In this document: one piece after another, positions 1 through 13,300 of the stretch | How the letters are laid out: the number at the start of each line of letters is the position of its first letter | Position numbering within the stretch: the stretch's first letter is position 1 | Origin: the human T2T-CHM13v2.0 reference genome, Homo sapiens | Length of the DNA stretch: 64,000 bases | Assembly (NCBI RefSeq): GCF_009914755.1 | Contig: NC_060927.1 | Reading direction: 5' to 3' (one strand) | Program-made: the position numbers and the translations under genes | The notes under the pieces: model-generated | Databases searched by the model: none | What the model saw: only the letters and a program-made list of their open reading frames with translations | What the model was told of the DNA's origin: nothing

Positions 1-1659
1 AAAATATCAATGTACACCAGATATATATTCTATAGTGTACATAAAATATCAAAGTACCCAAACTATACATTATATACTGTACATAAAATATGAAATTACA
101 TCAAATATATATTATATTAGGTACATAAAATATGAAAGTACATCAAATATAGATTATATACTGTACATAAAATATCAAAGTACCCCAAATATATATTATA
201 TACTCTACATGAAATATCAAAGTTCACAAACTATATATTATATACTGTACATAAAATATCAAAGTACCCAAGGTATATATTCTATACTGTACAAAAAATA
301 TCAAAGTACCCAAAGCATGTATTATATACTGTATATAAAATATGAAAGTACATCAAATATATATTAGGTACATAAAATATGAAAGTACATCAAATATAGA
401 TTATATACTGTACATAAAATATCAAAGTACCCCAAATATATATTATATACTCTACATGAAATATCAAAGTTCACAAACTATATATTATATACTGTACATA
501 AAATATAAATGTACCCAAGGTATATATTCTATACTGTACAAAAAATATCAAAGTACCCAAAGCATGTATTATATACTGTACATAAAATATGAAAGTACAT
601 CAAATATATATTTTATTCTGTACATAAAATATCAAAGTACACCAGATATATATTCTATAGTGTACATAAAATATCAAAGTACCCAAACTATACATTATAT
701 ACTGTACATAAAATATGAAATTACATCAAATATATATTAGGTACATAAAATATGAAAGTACATCAAATATAGATTATATACTGTACATAAAATATCAAAG
801 TACCCTAAATATATATTATATACTGTACATGAAATATCAAAGTTCACAAACTATATATTATATACTGTACATAAAATACCAAAGTACCCAAGGTATATAT
901 TCTATACTGTACAAAAAATATCAAAGTACCCAAAGCATGTATTATATACTGTACATAAAATATGAAAGTACATCAAATATATATTTTATTCTGTACATAA
1001 AATATCAAAGTACACCAGATATATATTCTATAGTGTACATAAAATATCAAAGTACCCAAACTATACATTATATACTGTACATAAAATATGAAATTACATC
1101 AAATATATATTATATTAGGTACATAAAATATGAAAGTACATCAAATATAGATTATATACCGTACATAAAATATCAAAGTACCCCAAATATATATTATATA
1201 CTATACATGAAATATCAAATATCACAAACTATATATTATATACTGTACATAAAATATCAAAGTACCCAATGTATATATTCTATAGTGTACAAAAAATATC
1301 AAAGTACCCAAAGCATGTATTATATACTGTACATAAAATATAAAAGTACATCAAATATATATTTTATTCTGTACATAAAATATGAAAGTACACCAGATAT
1401 ATATTCTATAGTGTACATAAAATATCAAAGTACCCAAACTATACATTATATACTGTACATAAAATATGAAATTACATAAAATATATATTGTATTAGGTAC
1501 TTAAAATATGAAAGTACATCAAATATAGATTATATACTGTACATAAAATATCAAAGTACCCCAAATATATATTATATACTGTACATGAAATATCAAAGTT
1601 CACAACTATATATTATATACTGTACATAAAATATCAAAGTCCCCAAGGTATATATTCTA

Positions 1660-2640
1660 TACTGTACAAAAAATATCAAAGTACCCAAAGCATGTATTAT
1701 ATACTAAACATAAAATATGAAAGTACATCAAATGTATATTTTATTCTGTACATAAAATATGAAAGTACACCAGATATATATTCTATAGTGTACATAAAAT
1801 ATCAAAGTACCCAAACTATACATTATATACTGTACATAAAATATGAAATTACATCAAATATATATTATATTAGGTACATAAAATATGAAAGTACATCAAA
1901 TATAAATTATATACTGTACATTAAATACCAAAGTACCCCAGATATATATTTTATACTGTACATGAAATATCAAAGTTCACAAAGTATATATTATATACTG
2001 TACATAAAATAACAAAGTATCCAAGGTATATATTCTATACTGTACAAAAAATATCGAAGTACCCAAAGCATGTATTATATACTGTACATAAAATATGAAA
2101 GTACATCAAATATATATTTTATTCTGTACATAAAATATCAAAGTACACCAGATATATATTCTATAGTGTACATAAAATATCAATGTACCCAAACTATACA
2201 TTACATACTGTACATAAAATATGAAATTACATCAAATATATATTATATTAGGTACATAAATATGAAAGTACATCAAATATAGATTATATACTGTACATAA
2301 AATATCAAAGTACCCAAGGTATATATTCTATACTGTACAAAAAATATCAAAGTACCCAAAGCATGTATTATATACTGTATATAAAATATGAAAGTACATC
2401 AAATATGTATTTTATTCTGTACATAAAATATCAAAGTACACCAGATATATATTCTATACTGTACATAAAATAACAAAGTACAAAAACTATAAATTATATA
2501 CTGTACATAAAATATGAAATAACATCAAATATATATTAGGTACATAAAATATGAACGTACATCAAATATAGATTATATACTGTACATAAAATATCAATGT
2601 ACCCAAAATATATATTTTATACTCTACATGAAATATCAAA
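1660..2640 (+). repeat. ~1-kb block duplicated at +16,255 (~17,915-18,895)
   Basis: Shared variants actaaacata, aatgtatatt, tataaattat, aacaaagtatcc, atcgaag, the 1-bp deletion cataaatatg and a C-to-F skip. ORF pair 2070/18325. Confidence 0.85.
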
Positions 2641-3700
2641 GTTCACAAACCATATATTGTATACTGCACATAAAATATCAAAATACCCAAGGTATATATT
2701 CTATACTGTACAAAAAATATCAAAGTACCCAAAGCAGGTATTATATACTGTACATAAAATATGAAAGTATATCAAATATATATTTTATTCTGTACATAAA
2801 ATATCAAAGTACACCAGATATATATTCTATAGCGTACATAAAATATCAAAGTACAGAAACTATACATTATATACTGTACATAAAATATGAAATTACATCA
2901 AATATATATTATATTAGGTACATAAAATATGAAAGTACATCAAATATAGATTATATACTGTACATTAAATACCAAAGTACCCCAAATATATATTTTATAC
3001 TGTACATGAAATTTCAAAGTTCACAAACTATATATTATATACTGTACATAAAATATCAAAGTACCCAAGGTATATATTCTATACTGTGCAAGAAATATCA
3101 AAGTACCCAAAGCATGTATTATATACTGTATATAAAATATGAAAGTACATCAAATATATATTTTATTCTGTACATAAAATATCAAAGTACACCAGATATA
3201 TATTCTATAGTGTACATAAAATATCAAACTACCCAAACTATACATTATATACTGTACATAAAATATGAAATTACATCAAATATATATTATATTAGGTACA
3301 TAAAATACGAAAGTACATCAAATATAGATTATATACTGTACATAAAATATCAAAGTACCCCAATATATATTATATACTGTACATGAAATATCAAAGTTCA
3401 CAAACTATATATTATGTACTGTACATAAAATATCAAAGTACCCAAGGTATATATTCTATACTGTACAAAAAATATCAAAGTACCCAAAGCATGTATTATA
3501 TAATGTACATAAAATATGAAAGTACATCAAATATATATTTTATTCTGTACATAAAATATCAAAGAACACCAGATATATATTCTATAGTGTACATAAAATA
3601 TCAAAGTACTCAAACTATACATTATATACTGTACATAAAATATGAAATTACATCAAATATATATTAGGTACATAAAATATGAAAGTACATCAAATATATA
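2628..3700 (+). repeat. ~1.1-kb block duplicated at +10,926 (~13,554-14,630)
   Basis: 252-aa ORFs 2628..3386 and 13554..14312 share IYCILHI, QSRY, MKFQ, ILCKK and QTTQ variants and the same 1-bp deletion. Confidence 0.85.
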
Positions 3701-3919
3701 TTTTATTCTGTACATAAAATATCAAAGTACACCAGATATATATTCTATAGAGTACATAAAATAACAAAGTACACAAACAATAAATTATATACTGTACATA
3801 AAATATGAAATTACATCAAATATATATTAGGTACATAAAATATGAAAGTACATCAAATATAGATTATATACTGTACCTAAAATATCAATGTACCCCAAAT
3901 TTATATTTTATACTCTACA

Positions 3920-5330
3920 TGAAATATCAAAGTTCACAAACCATATATGATATACTGTACTTAAAATATCAACGTACCCAAGGTATATATTCTATACTGT
4001 ACAAAAAATATGAAAGTACCCAAAGCATGTATAATATACTGTACATAAAATATGAAAGTACATCAAATACATGTTTTATTCTGTACATAAAATATCAAAG
4101 TACACCAGATATATATTCTATAGTGTACATAAAATAACAAAGTACAAAAACTATAAATTATATACTGTACATAAAATATGAAATAACATCAAATATATAT
4201 TAGGTACATAAAATATGAATGTACATCAAATATAGATTATATACTGTACATAAAATATCAATGTACCCCAAATATATATTTTATACTCTACATGAAATAT
4301 CAAAGTTCACAAACCATATATTATATACTGTACATAAAATATCAAATTACTCAAGGTATATATTCTATACTGTACAAAAAATATCAAAGTACCCAAAGCA
4401 TGTATTATATACTGTACATAAAATATGAAAGTACATCAAATATAGATTATATACCATACATAAAATATCAAAGTACCCCAAATATATATTATATACTATA
4501 CATGAAATATCAAATATCACAAACTATATATTATATACTGTACATAAAATATCAAAGTACCCAATGTATATATTCTATAGTGTACAAAAAATATCAAAGT
4601 ACCCAAAGCATGTATTATATACTGTACATAAAATATAAAAGTACATCAAATATATATTTTATTCTGTACATAAAATATGAAAGTACACCAGATATATATT
4701 CTATAGTGTACATAAAATATCAAAGTACCCAAACTATACATTATATACTGTACATAAAATATGAAATTACATAAAATATATATTGTATTAGGTACTTAAA
4801 ATATGAAAGTACATCAAATATAGATTATATACTGTACATAAAATATCAAAGTACCCCAAATATATATTATATACTGTACATGAAATATCAAAGTTCACAA
4901 CTATATATTATATACTGTACATAAAATATCAAAGTCCCCAAGGTATACATTCTATACTGTACAAAAAATATCAAAGTACACAAAGCATGTATTATATACT
5001 GTACATAAAATATGAAATTACATCAAATATATATTATATTAGGTACATAAAATATGAAAGTACATCAAATATAGATTATATACTGTACATAAAATATCAA
5101 AGTACCCCAAATATATATTATATACTGTACATGTAATATCAAAGTTCACAACTATATATTACATACTGTACATAAAATATCAAAGTACCCAAGGTATATA
5201 TTCTATACTGTACAAAAAATATCAAAGTACCCAAAGCATGTATTATATACTGTACATAAAATATGAAAGTACATCAAATATATATTTTATTCTGTACATA
5301 AAATATCAAAGTACACCAGATATATATTCT
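3920..5330 (+). repeat. ~1.4-kb block duplicated at +3,214 (~7,133-8,545)
   Basis: ORF pairs 4219/7433, 4292/7506 and 5238/8452. Shared markers tattgtattaggtactt, aagtccccaagg and catgtaatatc. Confidence 0.85.
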
Positions 5331-8300
5331 ATAGTGTACATAAAATATCAAAGTGCCCAAACTATACATTATATACTGTACATAAAATATGAAATTACAT
5401 CAAATATATATTATATTAGGTACATAAAATATGAAAGTACATCAAATATAGATTATATACCGTACATAAAATATCAAAGTACCCCAAATATATATTATAT
5501 ACTATACATGAAATATCAAATATCACAAACTATATATTATATACTGTACATAAAATATCAAAGTACCCAATGTATATATTCTATAGTGTACATAAAATAT
5601 CAAAGTACCCAAACTATACATTATATACTGTACATAAAATATGAAATTACATAAAATATATATTGTATTAGGTACTTAAAATATGAAAGTACATCAAATA
5701 TAGATTATATACTGTACATAAAATATCAAAGTACCCCAAATATATATTATATACTGTACATGAAATATCAAAGTTCACAACTATATATTATATACTGTAC
5801 ATAAAATATCAAAGTCCCCAAGGTATATATTCTATACTGTACAAAAAATATCAAAGTACACAAAGCATGTATTATATACTGTACATAAAATATGAAATTA
5901 CATCAAATATATATTTTATTAGGTACATAAAATATGAGAGTACATCATATATAGATTATATACTGTACATAAAATATCAAAGTACCCCAAATATATATTA
6001 TATACTGTACATGTAATATCAATTTCACAACTATATATTACATACTGTACATAAAATATCAAAGTACCCAAGGTATATATTCTATACTGTACAAAAAATA
6101 TCAAAGTACCCAAAGCATGTATTATATACTGTACATGAAATATGAAAGTATATCAAATATATATTTTATTCTGTACATAAAATATCAAAGTACACCAGAT
6201 ATATATTCTATAGTGTACATAAAATATCAAAGTACCCAAACTATACATTATATACTGTACATAAAATATGAAATTACATCAAATATATATTATATTAGGT
6301 ACATAAAATATGAAAGTACATCAAATAGAGATTATATACTGTACATAAAATATCAAAGTACCCCAAATATATATTATATACTCTACATGAAATATCAAAG
6401 TTCACAAACTATATATTATATACTGTACATAAAATATCAAAGTACACAAGGTATATATTCTATACTGTACAAAAAATATCAAAGTACCCAAAGCATGTAT
6501 TATATACTGTATATAAAATATGAAAGTACATCAAATATATATTTTATTCTGTACATAAAATATCAAAGTACACCAGATATATATTCTATAGAGTACATAA
6601 AATAACAAAGTACACAAACAATAAATTATATACTGTACATAAAATATGAAATTACATCAAATATATATTAGGTACATAAAATATGAAAGTACATCAAATA
6701 TAGATTATATACTGTACCTAAAATATCAATGTACCCCAAATATATATTTTATACTCTACATGAAATATCAAAGTTCACAAACCATATACGATATACTGTA
6801 CTTAAAATATCAAAGTACCCAAGGTATATATTCTATACTGTACAAAAAATATGAAAGTACCCAAAGCATGTATAATATACTGTACATAAAATATGAAAGT
6901 ACATCAAATACATATTTTATTCTGTACATAAAATATCAAAGTACACCAGATATATATTCTATAGTGTACATAAAATAACAAAGTACACAAACTATAAATT
7001 TTATACTGTACAGAAAATATGAAATAACATCAAATATATATTAGGTACATAAAATATGAATGTACATCAAATATAGATTATATACTGTACATAAAATATC
7101 AATGTACCCCAAATATATATTTTATACTCTACATGAAATATCAAAGTTCACAAACCATATATGATATACTGTACTTAAAATATCAAAGTACCCAAGGTAT
7201 ATATTCTATACTGTACAAAAAATATGAAAGTACACAAAGCATGTATAATATACTGTACATAAAATATGAAAGTACATCAAATACATATTTTATTCTGTAC
7301 ATAAAATATCAAAGTACACCAGATATATATTCTATAGTGTACATAAAATAACAAAGTACACAAACTATAAATTTTATACTGTACAGAAAATATGAAATAA
7401 CATCAAATATATATTAGGTACATAAAATATGAATGTACATCAAATATAGATTATATACTGTACATAAAATATCAATGTACCCCAAATATATATTTTATAC
7501 TCTACATGAAATATCAAAGTTCACAAACCATATATTATATACTGTACATAAAATATCAAAGTACTCAAGGTATATATTCTATACTGTACAAAAAATATCA
7601 AAGTACCCAAAGCATGTATTATATACTGTACATAAAATATGAAAGTACATCAAATATAGATTATATACCGTACATAAAATATCAAAGTACCCCAAATATA
7701 TATTATATACTATACATGAAATATCAAATATCACAAACTATATATTATATACTGTACATAAAATATCAAAGTACCCAATGTATATATTCTATAGTGTACA
7801 AAAAATATCAATGTACCCAAAGCATGTATTATATACTGTACATAAAATATAAAAGTACATCAAATATATATTTTATTCTGTACATAAAATATGAAAGTAC
7901 ACCAGATATATATTCTATAGTGTACATAAAATATCAAAGTACCCAAACTATACATTATATACTGTACATAAAATATGAAATTACATAAAATATATATTGT
8001 ATTAGGTACTTAAAATATGAAAGTACATCAAATATAGATTATATACTGTACATAAAATATCAAAGTACCCCAAATATATATTATATACTGTACATGAAAT
8101 ATCAAAGTTCACAACTATATATTATATACTGTACATAAAATATCAAAGTCCCCAAGGTATATATTCTATACTGTACAAAAAATATCAAAGTACACAAAGC
8201 ATGTATTATATACTGTACATAAAATATGAAATTACATCAAATATATATTATATTAGGTACATAAAATATGAAAGTACATCAAATATAGATTATATACTGT

Positions 8301-10011
8301 ACATAAAATATCAAAGTACCCCAAATATATATTATATACTGTACATGTAATATCAAAGTTCACAACTATATATTACATACTGTACATAAAATATCAAAGT
8401 ACCCAAGGTATATATTCTATACTGTACAAAAAATATCAAAGTACCCAAAGCATGTATTATATACTGTACATAAAATATGAAAGTACATCAAATATATATT
8501 TTATTCTGTACATAAAATATCAAAGTACACCAGATATATATTCTATAGCGTACATAAAATATCAAAGTACACAAACTATACATTATATACTGTACATAAA
8601 ATATGAAATTACATCAAATATATATTATATTAGGTACATTATATATGAAAGTACATCAAATATAGATTATATACTGTACATTAAATACCAAAGTACCCCA
8701 AATATATATTTTATACTGTACATGAAATTTCAAAGTTCACAAACTATATATTATATACTGTACATAAAATATCAAAGTACCCAAGGTATATATTCTATAC
8801 TGTGCAAAAAATATGAAAGTACATCAAATATATATTTTATTCTGTACATAAAATATCAAAGTACACCAGATATATATTCTATAGTGTACATAAAATATCA
8901 AACTACCCAAACTATACATTATATACTGTACATAAAATATGAAATTACATCAAATATATATTATATTAGGTACATAAAATACGAAAGTACATCAAATATA
9001 GATTATATACTGTACATAAAATATCAAAGTACCCCAATATATATTATATACTGTACATGAAATATCAAAGTTCACAAACTATATATTATGTACTGTACAT
9101 AAAATATCAAAGTACCCAAGGTATATATTCTATACTGTACAAAAAATATCAAAGTACCCAAAGCATGTATTATATAATGTACATAAAATATGAAAGTACA
9201 TCAAATATATATTTTATTCTGTACATAAAATATCAAAGAACACCAGATATATATTCTATAGTGTACATAAAATATCAAAGTACCCAAACTATACATTATA
9301 TACTGTACATAAAATATGAAATTACATCATATATATATTAGGTACATAAAATATGAAAGTACATCAAATATATATTTTATTCTGTACATAAAATATCAAA
9401 GTACACCAGATATATATTCTATAGTGTACATAAAATAACAAAGTACACAAACTATAAATTATATACTGTACATAAAATATGAAATTACATCAAATATATA
9501 TTAGGCACAAAAATATGAAAGTACATCAAATATAGATTATATACTGTACATATAATATCAATGTACCCGAAATATATATTTTATACTCTACATGAAATAT
9601 CAAAGTTCACAAACCATATATTGTATACTGCACATAAAATATCAAAATACCCAAGGTATATATTCTATACTGTACAAAAAATATCAAAGTACCCAAAGCA
9701 GGTATTATATACTGTACATAAAATATGAAAGTACATCAAATATATATTTTATTCTGTACATAAAATATCAAAGTACACCAGATATATATTCTATAGCGTA
9801 CATAAAATATCAAAGTACACAAACTATACATTATATACTGTACATAAAATATGAAATTACATCAAATATATATTATATTAGGTACATAAAATATGAAAGT
9901 ACATCAAATATAGATTATATACTGTAAATATAATATTAATGTACCCCAAATATATATTTTATACTCTATATGAAATATCAAAGTTCACAAACCATATATG
10001 ATATACTGTAC

Positions 10012-10389
10012 ATAAAATATCAAAGTACCCAAGGTATATATTCTATACTGTACAAAAAATATCAAAGTACCCAAAGCATGTATTATATACTGTACATAAA
10101 ATATGAAAGTACATCAAATATATATTTTATTCTGTACATAAAATATCAAAGTACACCAGATATATATTCTATAGTGTACATAAAATATCAAAGTACCCAA
10201 ACTATACATTATATACTGTACATAAAATATGAAATTACATCAAATATATATTATATTAGGTACATGAAATATGAAAGTACATCAAATATAGATTATATAC
10301 TGTACATAAAATATGAAAGTACCCCAAATATATATTATATACTCTACATGAAATATCAAAGTTCACAAACTATATATTATATACTGTAC
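10012..10389 (+). repeat. Example of the canonical 378-bp 9-monomer HOR (F-G-H-I-A-B-C-D-E)
   Basis: Monomer F (ataaaatatcaaagtacccaagg) starts at 10012 and recurs at 10390. ORF 9970..11106 shows the 126-aa periodicity three times. Confidence 0.95.
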
Positions 10390-13300
10390 ATAAAATATCA
10401 AAGTACCCAAGGTATATATTCTATACTGTACAAAAAATATCAAAGTATCCAAAGCATGTATTATATACTGTATATAAAATATGAAAGTACATCAAATATA
10501 TATTTTATTCTGTACATAAAATATCAAAGTACACCAGATATATATTCTATAGTGTACATAAAATATCAAAGTACCCAAACTATACATTATATACTGTACA
10601 TAAAATATGAAATTACAGCAAATATATATTATATTAGGTACATAAAATATGAAAGTACATCAAATATAGATTATATACTGTACATTAAATACCAAAGTAC
10701 CCCAAATATATATTTTATACTGTACATGAAATATGAAAGTTCACAAACTATATATTATATACTGTACATAAATTATCAATGTACCCAAGGTATATATTCT
10801 ATACTGCACAAAAAATATCAAAGTACCCAAAGCATGTATTATATACTGTATATAAAATATGAAAATACATCAAATATATATTTTATTCTGTACATAAAAT
10901 ATCAAAGTACACCAGATATATATTCTATAGTGTACATAAAATATCAAAGTACACAAACTATACATTATATACTGTACCTAAAATATGAAATTACATCAAA
11001 TAGATATTATATTAGGTACATAAAATACGAAAGTACATCAAATATAGATTATATACTGTACATAAAATATCAAAGTACCCCAATATATATTATATACTGT
11101 ACATGAAATATCAAAGTTCACAAACTATATATTATGTACTGTACAGAAAATATCAAAGTACCCAAGGTATATATTCTATACTGTACAAAAATATCAAAGT
11201 ACCCAAAGCATGTATTATATAATGTACATAAAATATGAAAGTACATCAAATATATATTTTATTCTGTACATAAAATATCAAAGAACACCAGATATATATT
11301 CTATAGTGTACATAAAATATCAAAGTACCCAAACTATACATTATATACTGTACATAAAATATGAAATTACATCATATATATATTAGGTACATAAAATATG
11401 AAAGTACATCAAATATATATTTTATTCTGTACATAAAATATCAAAGTACACCAGATATATATTCTATATTGTACATAAAATAACAAAGTACACAAACTAT
11501 AAATTATATACTGTACATAAAATATGAAATTACATCAAATATATATTAGGTACATAAAATATGAAAGTACATCAAATATAGATTATATACTGTACATATA
11601 ATATCAATGTACCCGAAATATATATTTTATACTCTACATGAAATATCAAAGTTCACAAACCATATATTGTATACTGCACATAAAATATCAAAATACCCAA
11701 GGTATATATTCTATACTGTACAAAAAATATCAAAGTACCCAAAGCATGTATTATATACTGTACATAAAATATGAAAGTACATCAAATATATATTTTATTC
11801 TGTACATAAAATATCAAAGTACACCAGATATATATTCTATAGCGTACATAAAATATCAAAGTACACAAACTATACATTATATACTGTACATAAAATATGA
11901 AATTACATCAAATATATATTATATTAGGTACATAAAATATGAAAGTACATCAAATATAGATTATATACTGTAAATATAATATCAATGTACCCCAAATATA
12001 TATTTTATACTCTACATGAAATATCAAAGTTCACAAACCATATATTATATACTGTACATAAAATATCAAAGTACCCAAGGTATATATTCTATACTGTACA
12101 AAAAATATCAAAGTACACAAAGCATGTATTATATACTGTACATAAAAGATGAAAGTACATCAAATATATATTATATTAGGTACATAAAATGTGAAAGTAC
12201 ATCAAATATAGATTATATACTGTACATAAAATATCAAAGTACCCCAAATATATATTATATACTGTACATGTAATATCATAGTTCACAACTATATATTACA
12301 TACTGTACATAAAATATCAAAGTACCCAAGGTATATATTCTATACTGTACAAAAAATATCAAAGTACCCAAAGCATGTATTATATACTGTACATAAAATA
12401 TGAAAGTACATCAAATATATATTTTATTCTGTACATAAAATATCAAAGTACACCAGATATATATTCTATAGTGTACATAAAACATCAAAATACCCAAACT
12501 ATACATTATATACTGTACATAAAATATGAGATTACATCAAATATATATTATATTAGGTACATAAAATATGAAAGTACATCAAATATAGATTATATACTGT
12601 ACATAAAATTTCAAAGTACCCCGAATATATATTATATACTCTACATGAAATATCAAAGTTCACAAACTATATATTATATACTGTACATAAAATATCAAAG
12701 TACCCAAGGTATATATTCTATACTGTACAAAAAATATCAAAGTACCCAAAGCATGTATTATATACTGTATATAAAATAAGAAAGTACATTAAATATATAT
12801 TTTATTCTGTACATAAAATATCAAAGTACACCAGATATATATTCTATAGTGTACATAAAATAAGAAAGTACACAAACTATAAATTATATACTGTACATAA
12901 AATATGAAATTACATCAAATATATATTAGGTACATAAAATATGAAAGTACATCAAATATAGATTATATACTGAACATATACTATCAATGTACCCCAAATA
13001 TATATTTGATACTCTACATGAAATATCAAAGTTCAGAAACCATACATTATATACTGTACATAAAATATCAAAGTACCCAAGGTATATATTCTATACTGTA
13101 AAAAAAATATCAAAGTACCCAAAGCATGTATTATATACTGTACATAATATATGAAAGTACATCAAGTATATATTTTATTCTGTACATAAAATATCAAAGT
13201 ACACCAGATATATATTCTATAGTGTACATAAAATATCAAAGTACCCAAACTATACATTATATACTGTACATAAAATATGAAATTACATCAAATATATATT

